NCBI GenBank assembly: GCA_040954595.2
Contig: CM082577.2
Span: forward strand, 12,653,803-12,717,802
Length of the DNA: 64,000 nt
Origin: Balanoglossus misakiensis
Lineage: Eukaryota; Animalia; Hemichordata
Reading direction: 5' to 3'
Shown here: positions 25,290 to 37,244 of the stretch, piece by piece
How the letters are laid out: the number at the start of each line of letters is the position of its first letter
Numbering within the stretch: position 1 is the first letter of the stretch
Notes under the pieces: model-generated
Databases searched by the model: none
What the model saw: only the letters and a program-made list of their open reading frames with translations
Told to the model about the DNA's origin: nothing
Translations under genes and position numbers: made by a program

Positions 25290-25770
25290 CTGAGAGAGCA
25301 CCAAGTGTCCTTGACGTTATTTTTTTGTGTTTGCCATCTCTATCGGCTATGTGCACCCAATTGCTACCGAGGTCAGCTGTAACAAAGTCACCGTGTTTAT
25401 TAGTAGTTATCCATAATGGCAGTCTAAGCTGACCTTTGCCTATTATCTTCTCCAAACCCTTGACAGAAATGACAAATGGTGATCCTGGTATCGGCTGATC
25501 ACCAATGTTATGCTGACTTCATGTCTACCACCAACATCTGCTTGAATTCTCAGACTGTGTGTACCATCTTTGTTGTCAATAACTCTAATTTCTTCTTTTA
25601 ACCCTTTGGAGATCTCTGCTCTGATTGCTTTGTATGATATGACTGGTTTCCCTTTTCTGTCTTTAATTCTGACAATGACGTCAGCACTCACAACTGACCA
25701 TTCTTTTAGGAATGTCCTCTACTCTACACAGTGATGCACTGATATCTAATGTCAGCAATTCATGCGTACC
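25290..25770 (-). pseudogene. Degenerate filamin-repeat + NHL-repeat fragment (TRIM2/3-like)
   Basis: VIDNKDGTHSLRI...GRHEVSITL (filamin/ABP280 repeat) followed in another frame by GKGQLRLPLWITTNKHGDFVTADLGSNWVHIADRDGK (NHL); frameshifts and stops. Confidence 0.7.
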
Positions 25771-25993
25771 GTGCTCATCCTTTAATTAACTGTTTTTAAT
25801 TATAATTTTTTTGTTAATTATTTAAGAGACACCCAGACAGTATTTCGAATTTGTTTTATAATTTTATTTATTACTAAGTGTTGCAGAGGTTAAATCAATT
25901 ACATGTTCCAAGAAGATAGCTACATGTATTTGATGTTGATTTTTACTCCACCAGGATTGTACTTGGAATTAATCATTTCAATAATACGCATGC

Positions 25994-26070
25994 TCAGTCT
26001 TGGCAGCATATGGCAACAGCATAAATGTAACGGTCGTTTCCTCCATTGACTGCTACACATACATCAGCAA
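25994..26070 (-). CDS. Gene B exon 7 (end of third PCSK9-CHRD-like module, stop TGA)
   Basis: tttcag|TT GCT...: ADVCVAVNGGNDRYIYAVAICCQD*. Confidence 0.85.
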
Positions 26071-26367
26071 CTGAAAAATAAATAAAACAATATAACACCT
26101 TGGGAAAATAGAAAGTGGAACGACACAGCTATATATATATATCTGGGTATTGTGTTGTCTTATGGTTCAATGGCAAACTAGTACTAAACACGAAATGTGG
26201 GAATTTCTGGAAAGTCTGAAATATTGTAAAATTTCCAAACTTCCTTGCTAAACGCTTCCGTATTTTTGGCAGATATTTGCTCCACCAAAGGGTTAACAAA
26301 TCAAGAATGAAATAAAGAAATACCATTTATATTGATACTAGTACCCTAGCTTAGATCCTGTTATTAC

Positions 26368-26547
26368 CTGTGACGTAGGCACCGTCGTTCATTTTGTGAG
26401 CAGCGTGCGAATTACATCCTGTGAGGGCCCAACCACTGTCACATGACACACTTGCAATGCTTCCAGTTCCACCATGACTTTGCGTGCTCCACTTTGCTTT
26501 GCATTGTAACCCAGGAGCACTACAGTAAACAGCATGTGCCCATACTC
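26368..26547 (-). CDS. Gene B exon 6
   Basis: GVWAHAVYCSAPGLQCKAKWSTQSHGGTGSIASVSCDSGWALTGCNSHAAHKMNDGAYVT; AG/GT, phase 1-1. Confidence 0.85.
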
Positions 26548-26623
26548 CTGTTTAAATGAGTAGAGGGATTATTGTATAAATACGCTTTGTAAGGATACGA
26601 TAATTAATGAAACGTATTCTACG

Positions 26624-26830
26624 GTATGTATGTATGTATGTATGTATGTATGTATGTATGTATGTATGTATGTATGTATGTATGTATGTATGTATGTACA
26701 TGTATGTATGTATGTATGTATGTATGCATGCATGCATGCATGCATGCATGTATGTATGTATGTATGCATGCATGCATGCATGTATGTATGTATGTATGCG
26801 TGGGTGGATTGATCGATGGATGGATGGATG
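26624..26830 (+). repeat. Compound microsatellite (TATG)n/(CATG)n/(GGAT)n in gene B intron
   Basis: Direct reading. Confidence 0.95.
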
Positions 26831-26869
26831 TGAGAATACAACGACCATTAATACTAATTGAACGCTAAC

Positions 26870-26992
26870 CTTGGCCACCTGCCCCGTTTTGTGCTATGCA
26901 TTGTCCGTCTTTGATGTCCGTCAAGCTTGTTGATATGACTGAATTTGGTTTGGCTCCATCAATATATTTCCAACTAGTAAATGCAGAACATC
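26870..26992 (-). CDS. Gene B exon 5
   Basis: GCSAFTSWKYIDGAKPNSVISTSLTDIKDGQCIAQNGAGGQ; AG/GT, phase 1-1. Confidence 0.85.
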
Positions 26993-27337
26993 CTGTAATC
27001 AAAGAGGACGGTATAGCATAAGGTTTTAGCTGTAACTTTTCGCTATGTATTCAGTATTTTTGTTTTGTGTGTCATTTGCAGTTTATTCTTTAAATTCCCG
27101 AAATAAATGTATGTTGAAATGTCCATCATTTAGCTTATCAACACAACATATGGGTTTATATAGTCAGCATTGTTATTGTGCAAAATTTGAATTTAAGTCC
27201 GGACTAGAATTCATTTGTCAACAATCAAAATGGTCGTCACACACATACAGGCTATGTTGACAAGTGGAGGACTGAGTATATTAACATGCCGTTTGGGGAG
27301 TAGAACAAGAAATTTCATTTGATACACTGAATAAAAA

Positions 27338-27507
27338 TACAGTTAAACGGATTATTTTCGCGACAGGAATTTTTCGCGATATCAAAAGAGGAAACTGTTT
27401 CGCGCGGGTTAATTAAACATTTTACACGACATCTTATTTTCACGTTTGTTGGCTCTCGCGTATTTTACGAAAAATTATTGCTCGCGAAAATAACTTGTTT
27501 TACAGTA
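27338..27507. mobile_element. Short TA-flanked MITE (Tc1/mariner-like termini)
   Basis: Imperfect TIRs tacagttaaacggattattttcgcga ... tcgcgaaaataacttgttttacagta. Confidence 0.6.
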
Positions 27508-27986
27508 TTGCAGCTAATATCTCTTCAAAGGGAGGGTTCACCAATCGCCCGTTTTCGCTAAAATCAAAGAAAAATAAATAAATTGGTAGGGCTTCAACAT
27601 CATGCACTCTGGGGAAAAAGCGCCAACTGTGGCCGTTGCACCACCTGACCAGGTCTCAACCACTGTAGTACAGGTGCATGAGGAGCGAATTACTTTTGAC
27701 CGGATGACCTTTGGGTGGCCCACTGCATTCGATATCCATTGTTTTTATTTTGCATTCATTTAATACAAAATAGTACAGGTGCTAAGCACTATTGAATGAT
27801 GTGAAATGCATAGAATGGTCTTTCTTTATGACATGAACATCAATACTCAGTGTGCCGCTTTTCTGATTCTACATATCTATGATGTTAGAATGATGAATAA
27901 TAGTCAAATGTGATTCTAAAGATTACGGTTAAAATAAGACTTCCACCATTTCATTTGTATGTGACAATCAAGCATACCAAAATTAC

Positions 27987-28124
27987 CTGTCAAGTATGTG
28001 TTAGTTCCTGGACGCACAAAAGAAATTTCGTCTTTGTCGTCGTCCTCACTGCCGGATCTTGAACCTGTTGCATATCCACACGTTAGATCTTCCTTTGTAC
28101 AACACCTTGCATATGCATGGACAC
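27987..28124 (-). CDS. Gene B exon 4
   Basis: GVHAYARCCTKEDLTCGYATGSRSGSEDDDKDEISFVRPGTNTYLT; AG/GT, phase 1-1. Confidence 0.85.
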
Positions 28125-28406
28125 CTGAAAATGTGACGTTAAACTAAAGTCAATGAGTTCTTTACAAGCTGTACGCCAATACTGTAGCAGGCGTGGACAT
28201 GTGTATATTTCGTGGGAGTTCCAGGAATAGGTTATAGATTACATGAGCGATACATCTTAATTGTCTTTGTGCAGCTATCACGAGTATTACACCCATATCA
28301 ACCAGTGACACTTGTATGAAAAGTTCTTATAGGGTCTAACCCGGGTTCCATCCTCCAAATTGGTAAATCTTCTGACCAAGACAAATATCATTAAAACTGA
28401 ACATAC

Positions 28407-28619
28407 CAGAACCCCCGGCACCGTTCTGTGCAACACAGGAAACACGCCCATCGCTCGCAACCTCTATGAATTCTCCATCTCGGGTTCCGTGTCCATTTCC
28501 GGGCAGATGGCTGCTACACCCTGTCATCTTCTCGGATCCTTGGCAAGACACTTTAGCCCGGCTATCGTCAGCGGTGCCGGATAACCCCGACTGTCTGGTG
28601 ACGCATTTCAACGCAAAGT
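28407..28619 (-). CDS. Gene B exon 3 (first PCSK9-CHRD/resistin-like module)
   Basis: LKCVTRQSGLSGTADDSRAKVSCQGSEKMTGCSSH...RDGE...CVAQNGAGGSG resembles the PCSK9 C-terminal module pattern. Confidence 0.85.
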
Positions 28620-28714
28620 CTTGTTGTGTGACGAGAAAAGAAGGTATGTCTAAAGTCTACGCATGTCTAAAGTCTTAAATAATGTATTCATACCAAAATG
28701 AGGAGTATGCTCAC

Positions 28715-28885
28715 CTCTGTAGTCAATGCACTCGGAGCACGTGCAGTGATCTGCTGTATTACCACACCAATCTGAAGGTGAACAGCACGGATATTCACCA
28801 TCTGGATCACACTCTGCCGGAGTACCATCGGAAAGGGGGTAGTTTTCTCCACACCTTAGGTCATCTCGCCATTTCTCGTCACCGC
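28715..28885 (-). CDS. Gene B exon 2 (8-Cys hevein/chitin-binding type-1-like module)
   Basis: WRDDLRCGENYPLSDGTPAECDPDGEYPCCSPSDWCGNTADHCTCSECIDYR; CCSxxxWCG core; phase 1-1. Confidence 0.8.
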
Positions 28886-29111
28886 CTGAATGGTTATTGC
28901 CATAAAATTAGAAAAAAAGAAATGAACTTAGTACACATATAGTTACACTCCTGAAGCTTCGTTTCAGTAAATTAAAAAAATCCCACAATTATTTGCTAAT
29001 ATCTATAGAAATTCGTACTAATGGATTCCTTTCAATGAAAACATTTTGCTGAATGAAAATGTATTCGCATTTCCATTAATGCTTAGAATACAGATAAGTG
29101 TGTATACTCAC

Positions 29112-29172
29112 GGGTAGTATGAGCTAATGCTGACAATAGTACGAACAGTGTAATAGGACCAAATGAAGTCAT
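29112..29172 (-). CDS. Gene B exon 1, signal peptide (MTSFGPITLFVLLSALAHTT); the seven exons splice to a 320-aa secreted protein
   Basis: Hydrophobic leader, donor C|gtgagt; exon lengths 61+171+213+138+123+180+77=963 nt in one frame. Confidence 0.85.
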
Positions 29173-30125
29173 CTTGTCGATGAGTCTCCAACCCAGGATA
29201 TGTTCGCAACCACGTTTATGGGCTTCTTTTAAAGGTTTAGCTCCTTTCGAAAAATATTTACATTTGGCAATGATTAAACAGTCAACAAAATTTCGGAGAT
29301 CATCCAAGCTTATTTAACTTGCTATGCCAATAGAACAAAACGGCGCTTCGTTTGAGAAAACTGTTGGCAATCCATATATAATTATAAAGTAGGGGTACGA
29401 AGATAACATTTTATCAGATGCATGTGAGTTTAGACAAACCCCCTAGCGTTTGTCGAGTCATCAATTATTTCGTGCGCCGCTTTAAAACTATGGGTGATAT
29501 TGAATCACCCAAATTAAAACTTCGTCAAGCAAAATAATTAAATTTAAAACATACATATTTCCAATCGCGTCCAACAGTTTTTAGGGATAAATCACTTATT
29601 AAAAATTATCATTAATTACATTGACATTTGCATTATCTTATTTCAGCCGCATTTTTCAATCGTTGAGATACATGCATCGCCTAATATTTGCCGCCTTGTA
29701 ATCTATTGGTACATTTTTGTCAGTTTACGAACCAAGGGTGGTGTTAGAACAAGGAAATTAAAATTCAATCAAGCGAAATATACACTGTCAGTGATAATTA
29801 ATTGTACCTTGTACAAATATCGTCCTCTTCTTTCCGACACACCCGAGGAAACAAACAACAGAGCCATGTTGTCCACGTAAGCATAACACATTTCTTATTT
29901 CCCACCAAGTTGTATGTACATGAAAAAATGTATGTCCATAGAAAAGAGAGAAACACCAAATGTTCACGATGTGGGTTGGCAACGTTTGGATCACACGCGT
30001 ATTCTACTGCACGCCACAGTCACTGCACACTTGAGGGACTGTGTGCACGCCAGTGCGCCACCGGTGTCAGCCTGAGAGTGGCATAATCGCCGGTAACGGG
30101 TCCTTGGGACAGTAGGCACTATGCC

Positions 30126-30198
30126 ACACACACACTCTCTCTCTCTCTCTCTCGCTCTCTCTCCCTCTCGCTTTCTCTCTCTCTCTCTCTCGCTCTCG

Positions 30199-30235
<37 letters not shown>

Positions 30236-30382
30236 ACTCACTCACTCACTCACTCACTCACTCACTCACTCACTCACTCACTCACCCACTCACTCACTCA
30301 CTCACTCACTCACTCACTCACTCGGTCTCTCACTCACTCACTCACTCACTCACTCACTCACTCACTCACTCGGTCTCTCACT
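30126..30382 (+). repeat. Compound microsatellite (CA)n(CT)n(CACT)n
   Basis: Direct reading. Confidence 0.97.
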
Positions 30383-32559
30383 TGAATTAAAATGAATTGA
30401 CTTTTTCGCGACGGTTAATAAATAAGAGGGAAGCGGAATGCTCAAGCCACTCTCATTTAAATCCATCTTAATTTGTAGGCCTATTCTCCCCCCTCTCTCT
30501 CTCTTTCCACAAGACCGGTATTTGTTTTGAACATGTCTAAACGGACAATTCATTCTTTCTCGCACTGTGTGATTGGTCATTTGATTCAATATTTGAATTG
30601 TCGACATACAATCGAACTATAATTGAGTAATCTCGCGCCCGGGGCCTTTTTCCAACTGACGTAGAGCCGTACTGAATTCGCGCAACACAAGTAGCCATGT
30701 ACATGTACTTTAAAACTTAACCCCAAGTCCCGCAACAATCAGTCGTGTCAACCTTTCAGAAACCCATTAAGCGTGACGAGCCCCCCCCCCCCCCCGTAAA
30801 TTTTAATCACAATCCTGTTTGTGCATTTTCAACTATAGTCTACTGGTTTTACTGAGCAAATGCGAGGAATTTAAAGCGTCCGTGTGAAGAGCTTCCTTTA
30901 CCTTGAGGTAAACGTGTTTCAAGGTAAATGACATGTTTGGAATTCACGGCCACTGGCTGTTTACACTTTTCTATTGGATCGGCAATCATCCAGCTTCCTT
31001 GAAAGTTAACGTCACGGCATGCAGGTGCAGTTTTGCCAGCTCCTCGGTCGGTTACAGCGACATCCCAAGTCTTGCATCGCACTGAAAATCAAACCATGGC
31101 CTCCAGCCACAACGGTTTCAATGGGGTGGACACTTCTCGCAATATACAGCGCGATATGGATCACAAACTTCCTCCACACCGCAATTCTCCCTGAGCTGTC
31201 AAAATCATACATCTCAGTAGTGTTAGAACCGTCTTGGCTCAGCGCAGTACATTCATAATTTTTTAGTCTAATAATACAAAGACCACGCTTATTTTTCTTG
31301 ACCAAGTCAGTTCGGTGCGATGATGAAAGTTGCCAATGGACTCACTAGAATGTGGTGGAGTGTAGTTGCACTGCATGGTTCAAACCTGGCGCATAACACA
31401 CGTACCGTAACCTTCAGTATAATAATCTCGTATTATATTGTACAGCGCCAACAAGCGGCTTTGGTGCTCAGTAATTGCCGTGTTGATGCCAGCACAGGTA
31501 TTCAGCACAGAAGAAATAATTCACCGAGAACAATGCAGAATACTAAACGTTTCTGGTATGCGGTGTATTTTTCACCGGACATTGTTTTGGTAGAGTCTGC
31601 TGTGGTCCCTTTTCAGCGAGACTGACCACTAGTCTGGTCAATATGGGGCTAGAGCCACCACAAATTGCAACTAAATTTTTTCTTCAAATTTCAGCCAACA
31701 GCTTTCTTCAATAAAACGTTAAGTGCGCCGACAATCCAGTCACCCAAAGTACATTTGCATTTTACTTCCTATAGGTTTATATTGTCTATATCTCTTACTA
31801 ACGTGAACCCATCCATCAATCATACAATGTTCATGTCTTTGTGTTCTTAATATATAAAAGTGTCCGGATCGCCTTACCAAGGGATTGTACTGGGGTCGAC
31901 CTGAAGGCGCAACTATGACATATTCCGGCCCTGTTGAATACTGTTTTTACCGTCGTGAGGGCGACACCGATCACTACTACTGCAAGAGCTATCATACTGA
32001 CAATCACATGGTTACTTAGAATGGTTACAAAGACGTGGCTGCCACAACACATTGCATGTCTTACATCTTAAACGCTAATTGTGGCCAATGTGAAGTGACT
32101 GCCATAGTGCAACCATATATTGTTGTGCAAACTTTCAGTTTCAAACAATACTTAATATATTTTTCCTGTTTATTTATTTCAAATGCCTTCGTACCTTGTA
32201 TGTTCATTTCACTGTTAAGTTGTGTTCTGCTTCTATTGATTTTCAACTTTGTGGACGTATTTTTTTCGATTGCCTTGGATGACATTATAGCATGAAATCT
32301 AAATAAAGTTCTTCATTCTTTATCACAAAAACATTTTCCTATCTCACGTGTATGGAAGCTATGGGTATGATTCACCAAGTGAAAATGTTTATGTTACTGC
32401 ATATAATTGACACACATGTACCATCATTGCTGGTCTGTAGATGGTTTCATCAAATTTGGTGCACTAATTTGACATATGCTATTTGCTATTATGTAGCCTT
32501 CCATAGAGAACCATGCAATAGAAAAAGTAAAACCCTGATAATTTCATTAATATGCCAAC

Positions 32560-32768
32560 CCCGCCAACCAAAATCTAATCGGTTCTTGCCATTTAAAAAC
32601 TAAATTAAACCAGTGTACCAACTTTGACTTGAATCCGTTCAACCGTTCATGAGATATCGTACAGACAGACAGACAGACAGACGGACAAACAGACAGACAG
32701 ACACACACACACACACACAAGGCGGTGACATACGCTCACGTATGTATACTCACGACGTGAGCTAAAAT
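32560..32768 (+). mobile_element. 3' part of a Helentron/DINE-like non-autonomous element with (ACAG)n(AC)n tract
   Basis: gagatatcg..(acag)n(ac)n followed by 3' hairpin gctcacg...cgtgagc and an A-run. Confidence 0.45.
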
Positions 32769-32911
32769 GCAAAATGGTGCGAGTTTCGATGTATTCATTG
32801 GAGCAGAAACGGGTTCCAGGAGTCACGTGTTCATCAAACACGACCTGTTCCAGGGTATTACTGAAGCAAAATAGCGACAAAAGGCACTTCAGTTCCAGCA
32901 GGAAAAAAAAC

Positions 32912-32995
32912 ATGGCGTACACAGACAGTTTGACAAATACCTTCGTCGTACTGGCAGTGACAATCTTGTTCACAGTTTGGCATTTATTTATATGA
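32912..32995 (+). pseudogene. Truncated duplicate of the P450 N-terminal membrane anchor (27 aa)
   Basis: MAYTDSLTNTFVVLAVTILFTVWHLFI* vs MALTDTWTNLLLVLAVTIFFTVWYIRR of the downstream CYP; upstream gtcacgtgtt also shared. Confidence 0.65.
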
Positions 32996-33262
32996 GTTTA
33001 CCACTTTTAATTTAAACTCTGGAACTGTCAACAAATGAACCGATGCACTCTGACAAATTATAAAACAAACATTTCGAATATTCTCGAAAAGGGTGACAGT
33101 CGTATACGACGTTGAGCATGATATCATGCCAACGCAACACCTGGATGTAAGGTCATCCAGGGGTCTAAAAAGGTAGACTCTTGTGGCTGTAAATCTTCGC
33201 TTGCATACAGAGTGGCCATTTTTAGGTCACGTGTTTGCTTCAATAACGAAGAAGCTGAAAAC

Positions 33263-33599
33263 ATGGCGCTTACAGACACCTGGACAAATCTCCTACTCGT
33301 TCTGGCAGTGACAATATTTTTCACAGTTTGGTACATTCGCCGATGTAACCATAATCTACCACCTGGTCCCTGGGGATTGCCTGTCATTGGGTGTTTATTT
33401 CGTCTAGGCGAAAGACCTTACAAAACGTTTAACGAGTGGGCCCAAAACTATGGCGACGTGTTGAGCGTACGACTGGGGACGGAACTGGTTGTGGTACTGA
33501 ACAGCCACCAAGCTATCAAGGACGCCTTCGTCAAGCGGGCGTCACAGTTCTCATCTCGGCCTCAAGTTGGAAGCTTTGCACAACTCGGAAAAAATAAAG
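33263..33599 (+). CDS. Cytochrome P450 (CYP2 clan) exon 1
   Basis: TM anchor, LPPGPWGLPVIG hinge, YGDV..VRLG, FSSRP; donor G|gtaaac. Confidence 0.92.
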
Positions 33600-34286
33600 G
33601 TAAACTTTAAATCCGTATAATTGGTTTTCTCTCAGGTGGTGTGGGCAAGTTGCAAAGCAAAGTGCGCATATAATTTTGTGTGTACAGTCATTTTTTGACG
33701 AAAGACACGATTTTTGAAACGAGCAAGCTGCAGGCAACGGTTAACTTCTATAGTTACTGGCCTGTTGTTTGTATTTTGCATACGTATAAGACTTTGACGA
33801 AACTGACCTATAATTATTTACAAATGTGATTCTGTTCTGTGTCATTTTTGTCAATCTAACGTATATTCAGTCCAAGGCTTCTTTTAAATTGCTTAAGTTG
33901 ACCCTTAGGTGTTCGAGGTGGCCGTGGGTCATGCACACAATCACTGAAGGGGTCAATCCTGTTAAGATTGGCGAGTGGCAATTTCTATAGATTCATTGGC
34001 CCTTCTGACCTTCTAGTGTCATGCTGTGTGTTGGGATGTTTCCTCACAGAGCCTCCACAGCTGAGGCAATGAAGTGATATATAATTTCAACATCTATCAA
34101 TATCTCTCACCTCAGTGTCGTTGCGAAATTTTGGTATTTTGCGCTGGAAAACAACATCGAAGTTTTCAACAGAGACTTTTTTGTATATCAATAAATTAAC
34201 CATTGTTCCTTTAAACACGTACAACTCGGAAAAAAACACAATTGAATTTTAATTGTAACATTAATTGTATATTTTAACTCATCTAG

Positions 34287-35264
34287 GCGTCGTCAGTTCT
34301 CTCTGGCCAGTATGTCGAGACCTCAGAAGACAATGTAGGCACATTCTGCACGAACTTGGAATGGCAAAACGCGCGACGGAAGAGCGAATTCATGAAGAAA
34401 ACGACTATCTGACGAGCAGCATTCGAGAATTAAACGGTGAGCCGACAGATTTGGATCACCTCATTATGAATGCAGTTTCTAACATCACGTGCAACATGCT
34501 TTTTGGAAAGAGGTTTGAGTACGACGACGGCAATTTCAGACGTTTGTTAGAGGCGCTTTCAAATTTTGAGAGTGACTTTGAAGCGTCGGCCTTGATGACC
34601 TTCATTCCTTTGCTGTGGCACATGCCCATAACAGTGACATCCAGGCTTCGGCATTCTGTGAAGGAGTTAGACGACTGCGTGAAGACTGAAATCGACCAGC
34701 ATCGCCTGGAAAATCCGCACGACTCCGACCGAGAATCATTCATAGATACCTACTTATTGCTGGAGAAGAAATACCAGAATCGCAAATCATCCGACGACAA
34801 TCTATCGGAAATCTTTGGTGATGCTGAATATTTTTCGACATCGCTGACTGACCTGTTCATGGCAGGTTCGACCACCACCGCGATTACCCTGCGTTGGGGT
34901 CTGCTGTACTTATGCCTGAACCCGGAAGTACAGGAGAGGTGCTTTCGGGAAATCACAGACGTCGTCGGGCTGGACACTGCCCCATCGTTCGCTGATAAAT
35001 CCAAACTGCCCTACCTGGAAGCCGTGACGCTGGAGATTCAGAGAATGGCATCCATTTCCCCGTTAGGTTTGCCCCACGTACCGCAGCAGGATGTCCAACT
35101 GTATGGCTACACTATTCCAAAAGGAACAATGGTTTTCGCCAACTTGTGGGCTGTCCACAAGACTTCGCGATACTGGGCAAATCCAGAAATGTTCGAACCT
35201 TCTCGCTTTCTGGATGAATGCGGCAAGGTTGTGAACAGGGAGGAGATAATTCCATTTTCAATCG
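34287..35264 (+). CDS. Cytochrome P450 exon 2
   Basis: AVSNI..MLFGKRF, I-helix DLFMAGSTTT, ExxR (EIQR), FEPSRF, IPFSIG|gtaag. Confidence 0.92.
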
Positions 35265-35551
35265 GTAAGAAATGTATGCCAGGTTCACACTGGATAAAAC
35301 TGGAAACGTTTCAGAGACACCGTCCATTTGTAAATAAAGAGGATTCTCCCTTTGAGTCACAAACTCATGCAATGTCACATCCCCAATAATTGCACCTGAC
35401 GACAAAGATTTGAAGCATATCCGTCCTTATGCTTGCGAAGGTTAAAGGGGCATCTATCAGTAATATTTCAGACTATATTTTTTAGCATTTTTGTGTGTGT
35501 CAATCTCACCTAAGCCTCACTGCCTTTAAGCATTTTGTCTTTTTATTCCAG

Positions 35552-35736
35552 GTGGAAGAGACTGCATTGGTTCAGGACTAGCCAAGATGCAAATATTTCT
35601 CTTTCTGTCTCGATGGATTCAAGAATTCCAATTCAAGTTACCCGACGGCGAAGCAATCCCACCACTGGAGGGGAAAGTAGCAAGTTTACTTCAGCCAGAA
35701 AGTCATAAAATTGTGGCCCTAAAACGCAAAGAGTAG
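35552..35736 (+). CDS. Cytochrome P450 exon 3 (heme Cys; total 499 aa)
   Basis: Splicing completes FSIGGRDCIG (FxxGxRxCxG); ends KRKE*. Confidence 0.92.
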
Positions 35737-35746
35737 GGATACTTAA

Positions 35747-36089
35747 AGGGATAAAATCTCTCTCTCGCTACCCTTTTTCCAATATTTTTTTATACAAGAC
35801 ACTGTTTATGTTATTCTTCTTGAGGATATATAGTGAATGAACGTTCAACAACACACACCTTCCGACCCTCCCGTAGACAAAAGAGTGAAAATCTCGCCAA
35901 AATGAATAAATGGTAAACACCGATTATTCATTTTGGTGAGTTTTACACTCTCGTGTCTGCAAGTGGGATGGAAGTTGTGTGTGGTCGAAAGTTGATTGAC
36001 TATATATCCACATTCAGAATAATATAAACAGTGTCTTGTATCAAATATAATTAATGGAAAAAGGCCAACAAGAGAGAAACTTTGTCCCT
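35747..36089. mobile_element. Kolobok-like MITE with TTAA duplication just after the CYP stop codon
   Basis: ttaa|AGGGATAAAATCTCTCT ... AGAGAAACTTTGTCCCT|ttaa; related copies at ~54490-54741 and ~58801-59052. Confidence 0.7.
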
Positions 36090-37035
36090 TTAAAGCCACA
36101 ATAGCAAATCTCATTTAGCAGAATATTTTTCACATTGTTTTCCATTATTTCACTTGTGAATTTACATTGTTTTTTAAATGGAGTTGACTGGTGGGTGAAC
36201 ACAAACATTTTTATCAGCCTTTGTCTGTCGCTGTACACTTAAAATTCGCAAGTTAAATAATAATTGGGTGCCACGCTTGTTTATCTACCCATTACAAGAG
36301 TACAAATTTATCGTTGTATAAATAATAAGAAAATATGTATTAAAATTCCCACGAAGTCAAAGCATTGTCATTTGTTGACTAACGATAAGGTTGAAGTATT
36401 TTATCGATTGAAACTGTGGTAAAAGACGCAGCTATTGAGGCTTTAATTAACCAAGTAAAGGGAGGGCTTTATACCAAAACACATTTGTCTAAACTTTTTT
36501 CATGTACCATTTGTCGCCAACGTTTCAAACAACTAAGAATTGTGGTGAATCTATACTTGAGTTTGAAATCAATGAATATGTGTTATTGAAAATAAGAGGT
36601 TAGAACAATAATGGGCACGTGAGGAAACGTGGTGGACACAAACAAGACCATATATCAGTGTGGTAGTGTACTCGTTCTGTCAGACTAGTTCTGAGAGGTC
36701 AAATCAGGGACACGACCACTATGTCAACCATCGGCTGACTGATAGTTCACTTGAGCAGTCTCGTTGATTCCAAGGTGACCTTATATGAAAGGTCACTGAC
36801 ACGTTACAGTACAGACAGACAACACATGATATGCACGTACCTAACTCTGGCACTGTGCCGTGACGTCCTGCAGTCTACTACATGGCCGACAGATTTTTAG
36901 TGTTGCCAAATTAGGACTGTGGGTAGTCAGGTGTGTAATATTCGAACAGTTTTGAGGTAATAAAATGTCATTGAGGGGTGTATTTCTTAAGATTGGCACA
37001 TATATATAGGATAGACCCTTTGTCTTATTAAGTAT

Positions 37036-37055
37036 GTTGTGTGCGTGTGTGTGTT

Positions 37056-37088
<33 letters not shown>

Positions 37089-37120
37089 AGAGGAAGAGAG
37101 AGAAAGACAGAGAGATCAGA
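37036..37120 (+). repeat. (GT)n/(GA)n/G-run microsatellite
   Basis: Direct reading. Confidence 0.9.
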
Positions 37121-37244
37121 GGTATGATTTGATTGCACTATATTCAAATTACTGCTATGCATTTCTTTTTTGGTAATTTAATATCATGAAATTCGAAATA
37201 CCAGCAACAAACGCCAAACTAGCAACATCGTATTTCTTTGATTT

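Noticed and set aside
30849-31305. Short coding-looking ORFs on the minus strand
   Set aside because: No recognisable domain or consistent splice structure
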